In this document: in pieces, positions 43,273 to 52,021 of the stretch | Layout of the letters: every line of letters begins with the position of its first letter | Position numbering within the stretch: position 1 is the stretch's first letter | Assembly (NCBI GenBank): GCA_036555645.1 | Contig: DATBLA010000162.1 | Coordinates: 1-52,021, forward strand | Reading direction: 5' to 3' | Source of the DNA: Actinomycetota bacterium | GTDB taxonomy: Bacteria; Actinomycetota; UBA4738; HRBIN12 | DNA: 52,021 nt | Position numbers and translations under genes: made by a program | Notes under the pieces: model-generated | Told to the model about the DNA's origin: nothing | Databases searched by the model: none | Seen by the model: only the letters and a program-made list of their open reading frames with translations

Positions 43273-43959
43273 ATGGAGAGCACCGGCAAGGCCGCCGTCG
43301 CAGAGTTCGTCTCGACGTTCGCGCTGATCTTCATCGGCGCCGGAGCGGTCGTGGCGGTGGGGCTCGGCCTGGACCTGACCGGCGTCGCGCTGGCGCACGG
43401 CCTCGTGCTCGCGATCATGGTCTCCGTGACCGCCCACCTGTCCGGCGGCCACGTCAACCCGGCGGTCACGATCGGCCTGTGGGTCTCGGGCAAGGTCCCC
43501 TCGGGCAAGACCATCGTCTACATCGCGGCCCAGCTGCTCGGGGCGGTCGCGGGCGCCTACCTCCTCAAGTACCTCGTGCCCAGGGACCTGTACGAGGCCG
43601 CCTCCGGCGGGACGCCGACCCTGGCCGGTCCGATCGCGGTGGGCAAGGGCATCGTCATCGAGGCCGTGACGACGTTCTTCCTCGTGTTCGCGGTGTTCGG
43701 CACGGCGGTGGACGACCGCGGCCCGTTCTCGAAGACGGCGGGGCTGACGATCGGGCTCGTCATCGCCTTCGACATCATGGCCTTCGGCCCGTACACGGGC
43801 GCCGCGATGAACCCGGCCCGCTGGTTCGGGCCGGCGCTCGCATCGGGAACGTGGTCGGACTGGTTCGTGTGGATCGTCGGTCCGATCGCCGGCGGCATCA
43901 TCGCCGCGGTGCTCTACTCGTCCGTGTTCCTGAAGGACAAGGCGCCGGCCACGCCGTAG
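43273..43959 (+). CDS. MIP-family aquaporin/glycerol facilitator
   Basis: Two NPA boxes (GGHVNPAVT, AAMNPARW). AGGGGGA RBS before ATG 43273. Confidence 0.9.
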   Translation: MESTGKAAVAEFVSTFALIFIGAGAVVAVGLGLDLTGVALAHGLVLAIMVSVTAHLSGGHVNPAVTIGLWVSGKVPSGKTIVYIAAQLLGAVAGAYLLKYLVPRDLYEAASGGTPTLAGPIAVGKGIVIEAVTTFFLVFAVFGTAVDDRGPFSKTAGLTIGLVIAFDIMAFGPYTGAAMNPARWFGPALASGTWSDWFVWIVGPIAGGIIAAVLYSSVFLKDKAPATP

Positions 43960-44031
43960 CCCGGGCGCGGGCCCATCCGCGGCGGCCGCCGGTCGGTCCA
44001 ATGCCGCCGCTATCATGGGCTCGTTCCCGCG

Positions 44032-45222
44032 ATGGCGACGACAGCCTCCACGTACCTGGATCACGCGTCCGCGACGCCGCTGGACGAGCGCGCGCGGGCG
44101 GCCGTCATGGCCGCGCTCGACGAGTTCGGCGACCCGCTGCGCCTGCACTCGGACGGGCTCGCCTCGCGACGCAGGCTCGACGACGATCGCGCCACGATCG
44201 CGGCCGCGATCGGCGCCCAGCCGGACGAGATCGTCTTCACGAGCGGAGGCACCGAGTCCGTCGCCCTTGCGATCTGGGGCGGGGTGCGGCCGGTCCGCGA
44301 GATCGGGCATCGCGTCGTCACGACGACGATCGAGCATCCCGCGGTCGGCGGCGTCCTCCACACGCTCGAGACCGACGGGTTCGAGTCGGCGCTCGTGCCC
44401 GTCGACGAGGACGGCCGCGTCGATCTCGACGCGTTCGCCGCCGAGGTCCGAAAGCCCGGCACGTTGCTGGCCTCGGTCCAGCACGCGAACCACGAGGTCG
44501 GCACGATCCAGCCGGTCGCCGAGGCGGCCCGCCTGTGCCGGGAGGCAGGCGTGCTGTTCCACAGCGACGCCTGCCAGACGGTCGGCCGGATCCCGGTCGA
44601 CGTCCACGCCCTCGACGTCGATCTCCTGTCGCTGTCGGCGCACAAGTTCGGCGGCCCCGCGGGGGTCGGAGCCCTGTTCGTGCGCCGTGGGGTCCCGGTC
44701 GCCGCCTATCCGTGCGGGGACGATCGCGAGCGCCGACGCCGATCGGGCATGGAGAACGTCCCCGGCGTGGCGGGGATGGCGGCCGCCCTGACCGTCCGCC
44801 TCCGCGAGCTCGGCGACGAGGCGGCCAGGCAGTGGTCGCTCACCGACCGGCTCCGAACCGGCATCGCCGAGCGCGTCCCGGGCGCGCGCCTGCACGGCCA
44901 TCCGTCCCAGCGCGTCCCGCACCTCGTGTGCTTCTCGGTCCCTGACCTGGACGCCGAGATCCTCAGCATGGCCCTGGACGACCGGGGCTTTCGCCTGGCG
45001 GCGGGGTCCAACTGCTCGGGCGCGGCCGGCGAGGCCTCGACGGTGCTCGAGCAGATGGGCGTGGCGGCGACCCCGAGCTTCCGTGTCGGCATCGGGCCCC
45101 TGACCACGGAGGAGGACCTCGATCGCCTCCTGGCGACGCTGCCGGGGCTCGTCGGCGAGCTCAGGACGGTCGGGTCGGCGGCCGAGGACGCGATGTCGCG
45201 GTACCGCGCCGGCTCAGACTGA
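44032..45222 (+). CDS. Cysteine desulfurase (class V aminotransferase, NifS/IscS-like)
   Basis: SLSAHKFGGPAG (PLP Lys), HANHEVG, AAGSNCSGA (active-site Cys loop). Confidence 0.85.
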   Translation: MATTASTYLDHASATPLDERARAAVMAALDEFGDPLRLHSDGLASRRRLDDDRATIAAAIGAQPDEIVFTSGGTESVALAIWGGVRPVREIGHRVVTTTIEHPAVGGVLHTLETDGFESALVPVDEDGRVDLDAFAAEVRKPGTLLASVQHANHEVGTIQPVAEAARLCREAGVLFHSDACQTVGRIPVDVHALDVDLLSLSAHKFGGPAGVGALFVRRGVPVAAYPCGDDRERRRRSGMENVPGVAGMAAALTVRLRELGDEAARQWSLTDRLRTGIAERVPGARLHGHPSQRVPHLVCFSVPDLDAEILSMALDDRGFRLAAGSNCSGAAGEASTVLEQMGVAATPSFRVGIGPLTTEEDLDRLLATLPGLVGELRTVGSAAEDAMSRYRAGSD

Positions 45223-45255
45223 GGGCGATCGCTCGAACTGCAGACTGCCTGAGGG

Positions 45256-46302
45256 TCAGGACACCGTCCAGGTATCGCCGGCGTGAAGCAGCTTCTCGAG
45301 GCTTCCCGCGCCCAGTCGCTCGGTCGCGCGGTCGATCTGCTCGACCATCGAGCGCCCGTAGACGGGACGCTCCACCTCTCGGAACACGCCGATGCACGTG
45401 GGCTCGGACGGTCCCCGCGACAGGTGGGCCAGCGCGAACGCGAGGGACGGCCGGCCGGCGGCGTCGTGCGTGACGATCCGCTCGCTCGGCGTGCCCTCCG
45501 TCGAGGCGATCTCGAGCCGGCCGTTCTCGCCGACCGAGACGCACCGGTTGCCCTCGTCGAAGACGATCGGCTGTCCGTGCTCGAGGCGGATCTGGTTGTG
45601 CGTGCCTTGCGGCTTCTCCCGCAGGAGATCGAAGGCCCCGTCGTTGAACACGTTGCAGTTCTGGTAGATCTCGACGAACGCGGTCCCCTCGTGAGCGGCG
45701 GCCTGCCGAAGGATCTGGGTCATGTGCTGGCGATCGTTGTCCATCGTCCGCGCGACGAACGTCGCCTCGGCGCCGAGCGCGAGCGCGATCGGGTTGAAGG
45801 GGTGGTCGACCGACCCGAACGGCGTGGACTTCGTGACCTTGCCCTCCTCCGACGTCGGGGAGTACTGGCCCTTGGTCAGCCCGTAGATCTGGTTGTTGAA
45901 CAGGAGGATCTTCATGTTCACGTTGCGCCGGAGCGCGTGGATGAGGTGGTTCCCGCCGATCGACAGGCCGTCGCCGTCTCCGGTGACGACCCAGACCGAC
46001 AGCTCCGGTCGCGCCGTCGCGATCCCGGTCGCGATCGCCGGCGCCCGGCCGTGGATCCCGTGGACGCCGTACGTGTCCATGTAGTACGTGAACCGCCCCG
46101 AGCATCCGATCCCCGAGACGAACACCGTCTCGTCGGGTCGGATGCCGAGCTCGGGCATGAACGCCTGGACGATCGACAGGATCGCGTAGTCGCCGCAGCC
46201 CGGACACCAGCGAACCTCCTGGTCGCTCGTGAAGTCCTTCTTCGTCAGCGTCGCCACGCCGCCGTCGCCCGTACCCATCTCGCCGTTGCCCGTCTCGCTC
46301 AT
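45256..46302 (-). CDS. korB: 2-oxoglutarate/2-oxoacid:ferredoxin oxidoreductase beta subunit (TPP)
   Basis: ATG 46302 (ATGA overlap with the korA stop). WCPGCGDY and VTGDGDGLSIGGNH. Confidence 0.9.
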   Translation of the reverse strand: MSETGNGEMGTGDGGVATLTKKDFTSDQEVRWCPGCGDYAILSIVQAFMPELGIRPDETVFVSGIGCSGRFTYYMDTYGVHGIHGRAPAIATGIATARPELSVWVVTGDGDGLSIGGNHLIHALRRNVNMKILLFNNQIYGLTKGQYSPTSEEGKVTKSTPFGSVDHPFNPIALALGAEATFVARTMDNDRQHMTQILRQAAAHEGTAFVEIYQNCNVFNDGAFDLLREKPQGTHNQIRLEHGQPIVFDEGNRCVSVGENGRLEIASTEGTPSERIVTHDAAGRPSLAFALAHLSRGPSEPTCIGVFREVERPVYGRSMVEQIDRATERLGAGSLEKLLHAGDTWTVS

Positions 46303-48140
46303 TCGTCCATCACCTTCAGGATCTCGGCCTCGAGCTCTTCCGCGAAGATCGGCTGCCCCTGGACCTTCGAGAAGGTCCGCGCGTCCACGAGGAACCGCGA
46401 TCGCACGAGCATCGCGAGCTGCCCGGCGTTGAGCTCGGGGATCAGCACGTTCGGGTACGCGGAGACGACGTCGCCCACGTTGCTCGGGAACGGGTTGAGG
46501 TGCACGAGGTGCGCCGTCGCGACCGCGCGACCCCGATCCCTGACGCGGCGAGCCGCCGCGCGGATCGTTCCGTACGTCGACCCCCAGCCGAGCACGAGCA
46601 GCTGCGCGTCGCCGTCGGGGTCGTCGACCTCGAGCGGCGGCACGTCCTCGGCGACCTTGTCGACCTTGGCGGCTCGCAGGGCCGTCATCCGCTCGTGGTT
46701 CTGCGGGTCGTAGCTGATGTCGCCGGTGCCGTCCTCCTTCTCGAGCCCGCCGATCCGGTGGCGCAGTCCCGGCGTGCCGGGGACGGCCCAGGGGCGCGCG
46801 AGGCGCTCGTCGCGCAGGTACGGGAGGAACTCCTGCCCGGCGTTCGGCCCGGTCGCGAAGGCCGGATCGATCATCGGGAGCGAGGTGACGTCGGGGAGGA
46901 GCCACGGCTCGGACGAGTTCCCGAGGAACGTGTCCGCCAGCAGGATCACGGGGGTCCGATACGTGATCGCGATGCGGGCCGCCTCGAGCGCGGCATCGAA
47001 GCAGTGCGACGGTGAGCGCGCCGCGACGACCGGCATCGGCGACTCGCCGTGGCGGCCGAACAGCGCGAGCAGGAGGTCGGACTGCTCGGTCTTCGTCGGC
47101 ATCCCGGTCGAGGGTCCCGCCCGCTGGACGTCGACGATCACCATCGGCAGCTCGAGGGTGACCGCCAGGCCCAGCGTCTCGGCCTTCAGGTCCATCCCCG
47201 GTCCGCTCGTGCCGGTCACGCCGAGGTCGCCGGCGAACGCGGCACCGAGCGCGACGTTGGCCGCCGCGATCTCGTCCTCGGCCTGGAGCGTGAGGACCCG
47301 GAAGTTCTTCAGCCTGGACAGCTCGTGGAGCAGCTCGGAGGCGGGCGTGATCGGATAGCTCGCGTAGAACAGCCGCAGCCCGCTCCGGTCGGCGGCGGCG
47401 ACGAGCCCCCACGCGAGCGCCTGCGCGCCCGAGATGTTCCGATACGTGCCCGGGGCGGCCGGGGCCGGCTTGACCTCGTACGAGGTCGCGAACAGCTCCG
47501 TCGTCTCGCCGAAGTTGTAGCCCGCCTTGTAGGCGGCCACGTTCGCGTCGTAGACCTGCGGCTTGTCCCCGAACTTCTTATGCAGCCAGTTGAGGGTGAC
47601 GTCGGTCGGCCGGCCGAACATCCACGAGACCAGGCCGAGCGCGAACATGTTCTTCGAGCGCTCGGCCTCCTTGCGCGTGAGCCCGAGCTCCTCGACGGCG
47701 CGCACCGTGATCGAGGTCATCGGCACGCGGTAGACCTGGTAGCCGTCGAGCGTCCCGTCCGAAAGCGGGTCGGCGTCGTACCCGGCCTTCTCGAGGTTGC
47801 GCTGGGTGAACGCATCCTCGTTCACGATGACCGTGCCGCCCTTCTCGACCGACGCCAGCTCGGCCCTCAGTGCCGCCGGGTTCATCGCGACGAGGACGCC
47901 GGGGTGATCGCCGGGCGTGAGGATGTCGGTGGAGGCGAACTGGATCTGGAACGCCGACACCCCGTGGACGGTGCCCGCGGGGGCTCGGATCTCGGCCGGG
48001 AAGTCCGGCAGGGTGGCCAGGTCGTTGCCGAGCACCGCCGTCGCGTTCGTGAACCGATCCCCCGTCAGCTGCATCCCGTCGCCGGAGTCCCCGGCGAACC
48101 GGATGACGACGCGCTGCTTCTCCTCGACCTGCTTGGTCAT
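46299..48140 (-). CDS. korA: 2-oxoglutarate/2-oxoacid:ferredoxin oxidoreductase alpha subunit
   Basis: ATG 48140 (MTKQVEEKQRVVIRFAGDSGDGMQ). YPITPASE and GPSTGMPTKTEQSDL. Confidence 0.9.
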   Translation of the reverse strand: MTKQVEEKQRVVIRFAGDSGDGMQLTGDRFTNATAVLGNDLATLPDFPAEIRAPAGTVHGVSAFQIQFASTDILTPGDHPGVLVAMNPAALRAELASVEKGGTVIVNEDAFTQRNLEKAGYDADPLSDGTLDGYQVYRVPMTSITVRAVEELGLTRKEAERSKNMFALGLVSWMFGRPTDVTLNWLHKKFGDKPQVYDANVAAYKAGYNFGETTELFATSYEVKPAPAAPGTYRNISGAQALAWGLVAAADRSGLRLFYASYPITPASELLHELSRLKNFRVLTLQAEDEIAAANVALGAAFAGDLGVTGTSGPGMDLKAETLGLAVTLELPMVIVDVQRAGPSTGMPTKTEQSDLLLALFGRHGESPMPVVAARSPSHCFDAALEAARIAITYRTPVILLADTFLGNSSEPWLLPDVTSLPMIDPAFATGPNAGQEFLPYLRDERLARPWAVPGTPGLRHRIGGLEKEDGTGDISYDPQNHERMTALRAAKVDKVAEDVPPLEVDDPDGDAQLLVLGWGSTYGTIRAAARRVRDRGRAVATAHLVHLNPFPSNVGDVVSAYPNVLIPELNAGQLAMLVRSRFLVDARTFSKVQGQPIFAEELEAEILKVMDE

Positions 48141-48210
48141 CTCGCGCCGGGCGTGGCCCGGCCAGCCTCCTTCGGCGTGGGATCGCTGCCCATCTAGCGT
48201 ACCGCGGGAC

Positions 48211-48231
48211 CCGAGACCGGACAGGTCTCGG
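48211..48231. promoter_or_regulatory. Perfect 8-bp inverted repeat in the korA / USP-Rieske divergent region
   Basis: CCGAGACC-GGACA-GGTCTCGG. Confidence 0.35.
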
Positions 48232-48359
48232 AGCGAACCGGGGCGCGCCATCGCCGACTCGGGCTTCGGCGCGATAGTCTCCCGGACCCGCCCGGCGAAC
48301 ACCTGCGCCAGCCGAACACGCGCCGGGCGATGGCGCCCCGACCACGGAGCCGATCGCCG

Positions 48360-49382
48360 ATGGCCTACCGCCGCATCGTCCTGGCGACCGACGGATCACC
48401 GTCGGCCGAGACCGCCGAACGCGTCGCCGCGTCCCTGGCGACCGCCACGAAGGGCTCGCTCGCGATCGTCCACGCCTACGTGGACGCCGGTCGCGCGCCG
48501 TCCGCGGTCGAGCGCGCCGCCGGGATCGCCGACGAGCAGGGCGTCCGGCACGAGGAGGAGCTCTCCCCGGACGATCCCGCCGAGGCGATCATCCACGTCG
48601 CCGAGCACCGGGACGCGGAGGTCATCGTGACCGGCAGTCGGGGGTTGTTCCGCGGCGAGCAGCTCATCGGGAGCGTGGTCCGAAAGGTCGTGACGCACGC
48701 TCCGTGCGACGTCCTGCTGACCCGGAGCCGGACCGCGACGGTCAACGCTCGCGGCGGCCCGCCCTACCGGCGGATCCTTCTCGCCACCGACGGATCGGCG
48801 ACCGCCGACCGGGCCGCGCGCAAGGCCTACGCGCTCGCCGCGCGGCTCGAGGCGTCCCTCACGCTCGCGTTCGTCGGCCACCCGAAGACCGGCGAGCTCG
48901 TCCTGGCGGACACGGCCGCCACGATCGGAGAGGGCGCGCAGGTGGGCATGCTCATCCTCGACGGCGATCCCGCCGAGCAGATCGTGGGCACGGCCGAGCA
49001 CGAGGGGTTCGACCTGGTCGTCGTCGGCAATCGGGGCATGTCGGGGGCGAAGGCGGCGGTCCTGGGCTCGGTGCCTCGCGACATCGCCGAGCTCTGCCCG
49101 TGCGACGTGCTCGTCGCCCGCACGATCGCCCAGAGCCTGTCCGAGATCGGCCCGGGCGAGGGAGGCATCGTGGCGACCGGCGACCACAGGGTCGCGGTCT
49201 ACCGCGCGACGGACGGCACCGTGACCACCCTGTCGGCCAAGTGCACCCACATGGGATGCGTCGTGAAGTGGAACCCGACCGAGCGCACGTGGGACTGCCC
49301 GTGCCACGGGTCCCGGTTCGGACCCACGGGGGCCGTGGTGAACGGGCCGGCCGAACGCCCGCTGGCTCCCACCGACCTCTGA
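48360..49382 (+). CDS. Tandem universal stress protein domains fused to a C-terminal Rieske [2Fe-2S] domain
   Basis: Two USP modules (YRRIVLATDGS...VTGSRG...VVRKVVTHAPCDVLL; YRRILLATDGS...VVGNRGMSG...CPCDVLV), then CTHMGC-(16)-CPCHGSRF. Confidence 0.8.
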   Translation: MAYRRIVLATDGSPSAETAERVAASLATATKGSLAIVHAYVDAGRAPSAVERAAGIADEQGVRHEEELSPDDPAEAIIHVAEHRDAEVIVTGSRGLFRGEQLIGSVVRKVVTHAPCDVLLTRSRTATVNARGGPPYRRILLATDGSATADRAARKAYALAARLEASLTLAFVGHPKTGELVLADTAATIGEGAQVGMLILDGDPAEQIVGTAEHEGFDLVVVGNRGMSGAKAAVLGSVPRDIAELCPCDVLVARTIAQSLSEIGPGEGGIVATGDHRVAVYRATDGTVTTLSAKCTHMGCVVKWNPTERTWDCPCHGSRFGPTGAVVNGPAERPLAPTDL

Positions 49383-49392
49383 GGGCGACTCG

Positions 49393-49884
49393 CTACAGGA
49401 CCTGGAACGGCTTGAAGATCATGAGCCAGGTGATGACCGCGAGCACCGCGAGACCGACGACCGTGTTCCAGGCGGCCATCCTCGAGCGAAGGATCTCGTC
49501 GAGCTCCTCGTCGCTTCGCCTCGGCACGCCGGAGGGACGAACCTCCACGGCCTCCTTCACCCGCTGGTAGTACGGACGGGCGACGAGCGTCATCTCGACC
49601 GACACGGCGACGAGCAGCCCCACCGAGATCCAGAACCACCCGTCGTTCCACCACAGGCCCTGGATCCCGGCCACGACGCCGAACGCGATGAGCCACAGCA
49701 GCGAGACGTACATCCCGCGCACCGACGCTCCGGAGAACTGGAGAAGCGAGGCGATCCGCCCGCGGTCGCGTTCGGTGCGCAGTCGCAGCCCGGCGAACAT
49801 CGAGACCCCGTGGAACATCACGAAGGCGATGACGCCGAGGACGTGCAGGAACTTCCACCAGGAGTACACGTTCACGCCGAGCAT
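49393..49884 (-). CDS. Integral membrane protein (about 4 TM helices), hypothetical
   Basis: The ATG shares one base with the upstream TGA (TGATG). Hydrophobic helices are visible. The upstream part of the 350-aa ORF is Arg-rich noise. Confidence 0.6.
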   Translation of the reverse strand: MLGVNVYSWWKFLHVLGVIAFVMFHGVSMFAGLRLRTERDRGRIASLLQFSGASVRGMYVSLLWLIAFGVVAGIQGLWWNDGWFWISVGLLVAVSVEMTLVARPYYQRVKEAVEVRPSGVPRRSDEELDEILRSRMAAWNTVVGLAVLAVITWLMIFKPFQVL

Positions 49885-50414
49885 CACGTGCTGAGCGAAC
49901 GCCGTTCTGCATCGCGCAGCCGGCGGGCCACGACCTCCAGGATCTTCGAGGCGACGCCCGGCTCCTGGGACACCACCTTGTCGAACGAGCGCTTGAACAC
50001 CCGCACCGCGACGACGGGCGTTTCCGCGATGACGGTCGCGGTCCGCGGACCGCCGTCCAGGAGCGAGATCTCCCCGAAGAACTCCCCCGGTCCGAGGCGC
50101 CCGATCGCGCGACCGTTGCGGACCACCCGCGCTTCCCCTTCCAGGAGGACGTAGAACGTCCCGCCACGGCTCCCGGTCTCGACGATCACCTCTTTCGCGC
50201 GGAACGAGACCTGGTCGGCGTGCTCCGCGATCTGCTTGAGATGCCGCTTCGACAACCCGGCGAACAGCGGCACGTCGGCGAGCAGCTCGACGCCCCGCCG
50301 CCCGAGCGGGCGGTCGGATCTCGGCTCCTGGGCCCGAGACCGCTCGCGCACCCCGGCGGTCGCGATCACCGACGGCACGACGCCGGCGAGCGGTTGGATC
50401 GGTTCCTTCGGCAC
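49884..50414 (-). CDS. Cyclic-nucleotide-binding domain protein without a recognisable DNA-binding domain
   Basis: LADVPLFAGLSKRHL...GPGEFFGEISLLDGGPRTATVIA. 176 aa, GTG start. Confidence 0.8.
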   Translation of the reverse strand: MPKEPIQPLAGVVPSVIATAGVRERSRAQEPRSDRPLGRRGVELLADVPLFAGLSKRHLKQIAEHADQVSFRAKEVIVETGSRGGTFYVLLEGEARVVRNGRAIGRLGPGEFFGEISLLDGGPRTATVIAETPVVAVRVFKRSFDKVVSQEPGVASKILEVVARRLRDAERRSLST

Positions 50415-50422
50415 GTGTGCGG

Positions 50423-50458
50423 TCTCCGGATCTCCGGCTCGACATCTCCGGCTCGACG
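50423..50458. repeat. Short tandem direct repeat in the divergent cNMP-protein / metH intergenic region
   Basis: TCTCCGGA TCTCCGGCTCGACA TCTCCGGCTCGACG: two 14-nt copies that differ only at their last base, plus an 8-nt partial copy. Confidence 0.6.
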
Positions 50459-50529
50459 AGGCGTCAGCCTACCCGACGCATCGGCCCGCGATGATGGTCA
50501 GGCCTGGTCACGGCCGGTAGCGTGGGCCC

Positions 50530-52021
50530 ATGCGGGATCGGCTCGAGTCGCTGCTGGCCGAGCGCATCCTCGTCCTGGACGGGGCCTACGGGACGGCCAT
50601 CCAGGCCCGCGGTCTGAGGGAGGCCGACTACCGGGGCGACCGGTTCGGCGACCACCCGCACGACGTGACCGGCGATCCCGATCTGCTGAACCTGACCCGT
50701 CCCGACGTCGTCGAGGACATCCACCGCTCCTACCTCGAGGCCGGCGCGGACATCGTGACGACGAACACGTTCACCGCCACGGCGATCGCGCAGTCCGACT
50801 ACGGCCTCGAGGCATTCGTCGGCGAGATGAACCGCCGGGGCGCCGAGATCGCGCGACGGGCCGTGGACGCGTTCGGGGCCGACCGCTTCGTCGCCGGCTC
50901 GGTCGGGCCCACGACCCAGACGCTGTCGCTGTCGCCCCGCGTGAACGATCCGGCGTACCGAACGGTGACCTTCGACGCGATGACCGAGGCCTATGCGGAG
51001 CAGGTCCGCGCGCTCGTCGAGGGCGGCGTCGACCTGATCCTCGTCGAGACGATCTTCGACACGCTCAACGGCAAGGCGGCGATCGCCGCGGCCCGGGACG
51101 TGGCCCCGGACGTCCCGCTCATGATCTCGGTCACGATCACCGACCGGAGCGGTCGCACGCTCTCGGGCCAGACGATCGACGCGTTCTGGCTGTCGATCGC
51201 CCACGCCGATCCGTTCAGCGTCGGCGTCAACTGCGCCCTCGGCGCCGCGGAGATGCGTCCCTATCTCGAGACGCTCGCCCGCATCGTCCCCACGTACACG
51301 ACGTGCCATCCGAACGCCGGGCTGCCGAACGCGTTCGGCGGCTACGACGAACGCCCGGACACGACGTCGAAGTACATGCGCGAATTCGCCGAGAGCGGCC
51401 TCGCCAACGTGCTCGGCGGCTGCTGCGGCACGACGGCCGAGCACATCCGCGCGATCGGCGCGGCGATCGACGGCCTGCCGCCCCGGCGCGCCCCGGCTCC
51501 CGGCCGCGTCACGGCGTTCAGCGGACTCGAGCCGTTCGCGATCACTCCCGAGACCGGATTCGTCATGGTCGGCGAGCGCCAGAACGTGACGGGCTCGGCC
51601 AAGTTCCGCCGGCTCATCGAGGCCGGGGACTACCAGGCCGCGGTCGAGATCGCCGCCGACCAGGTCCGAAGCGGCGCGAACCTGCTGGACGTGAACATGG
51701 ACGCCGACCTGCTCGACGGCGTGAAGGCGATGACGACGTTCCTCAACCTCATCGCCACCGAACCCGAGATCACGCGCGTGCCGGTCATGGTCGACTCCTC
51801 GCGGTGGGACGTCATCGAGGCCGGCCTGAAATGCCTGCAGGGCAAGGGCATCGTGAACTCGATCAGCCTGAAGGAGGGCGAGGACGACTTCCTCGACAAG
51901 GCGAGGAAGATCAGGCGCTACGGCGCCGGCGTGGTCGTGATGGCCTTCGACGAGCGAGGCCAGGCCGACACCGTGGAGCGCAAGGTGGAGATCTGCGACC
52001 GCGCGTACCGACTGCTGACCG
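50530..52021 (+). CDS. metH: Cobalamin-dependent methionine synthase, N-terminal part (homocysteine-binding and pterin-binding domains); continues past the right edge
   Basis: My translation from ATG 50530 is [25 protein letters not shown]...NTFTAT...[11 protein letters not shown]...[15 protein letters not shown]...DVNMD...VMVDSS with no stop to the window end. Confidence 0.95.
   Translation, partial: MRDRLESLLAERILVLDGAYGTAIQARGLREADYRGDRFGDHPHDVTGDPDLLNLTRPDVVEDIHRSYLEAGADIVTTNTFTATAIAQSDYGLEAFVGEMNRRGAEIARRAVDAFGADRFVAGSVGPTTQTLSLSPRVNDPAYRTVTFDAMTEAYAEQVRALVEGGVDLILVETIFDTLNGKAAIAAARDVAPDVPLMISVTITDRSGRTLSGQTIDAFWLSIAHADPFSVGVNCALGAAEMRPYLETLARIVPTYTTCHPNAGLPNAFGGYDERPDTTSKYMREFAESGLANVLGGCCGTTAEHIRAIGAAIDGLPPRRAPAPGRVTAFSGLEPFAITPETGFVMVGERQNVTGSAKFRRLIEAGDYQAAVEIAADQVRSGANLLDVNMDADLLDGVKAMTTFLNLIATEPEITRVPVMVDSSRWDVIEAGLKCLQGKGIVNSISLKEGEDDFLDKARKIRRYGAGVVVMAFDERGQADTVERKVEICDRAYRLLT

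Noticed and set aside
45223-45255. Possible bidirectional terminator between the convergent cysteine desulfurase and korB genes.
   Set aside because: The 33-nt gap contains a repeated CTGAGGG but no stable inverted repeat.
50415-50529. Cobalamin or SAM riboswitch upstream of metH.
   Set aside because: The leader is only about 115 nt, and no B12-box-like or SAM-I core sequence is visible.
1-52021. Mobile elements, CRISPR arrays, tRNA/rRNA genes, and defence systems (restriction-modification, toxin-antitoxin, retron or Cas-like genes).
   Set aside because: No transposase, integrase or reverse-transcriptase motifs were found. There are no regularly spaced repeats and no tRNA-like T-loop (GGTTCGAATCC-type) outside coding sequence. 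The two DnaQ-like exonucleases sit in conserved housekeeping contexts rather than defence-island contexts.

Overview
The window is a very GC-rich, densely coded chromosomal segment. Genes are often chained by 4-nt GTGA/ATGA start-stop overlaps. WhiB, F420-type enzymes, KorAB, an ArsA-like ATPase and an hddA-gmhB-gmhA cluster suggest Actinomycetota (inference only). I found no tRNA, rRNA, CRISPR array, transposase or integrase.

Positions 1 to about 29,500 look like a one-carbon / methylated-amine catabolic island:
- a selenocysteine formate dehydrogenase (in-frame TGA plus an fdhF-like SECIS) with fdhD;
- a heterotetrameric sarcosine / N-methylglutamate-type oxidase in the order soxD-A-G-B;
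- an APC permease, followed after a strong hairpin by an ACAD-fold flavoprotein, a tandem DUF1989-GcvT fusion protein and a PhyH dioxygenase;
- a nine-gene operon joining the N-methylglutamate-pathway genes (GS-like gmaS, mgsABC) to a PuuD-like gamma-glutamyl hydrolase, a VOC protein, a second SoxB-like flavoenzyme and a flavin reductase fused to a cNMP-binding domain;
- fhs, RidA, another GcvT-like protein, 5-formyl-THF cyclo-ligase and an F420-type LLM oxidoreductase.

The rest is mostly conserved housekeeping:
- ROK glucokinase, ArsA-like ATPase, SRPBCC protein, GT4 glycosyltransferase, whiB and the heptose genes;
- an ABC-2 exporter and a DnaQ-GIY-YIG nuclease with a LexA-box promoter;
- thiolase, a small receiver-domain operon, aquaporin, cysteine desulfurase and korAB;
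- a USP-USP-Rieske fusion, a cNMP-binding protein and the 5' part of metH.

The best candidates for undescribed biology are the ACAD-like / DUF1989x2-GcvT / PhyH cluster and the hybrid NMG/Puu-like operon. All function calls rest on motifs read by eye. No database search was run.
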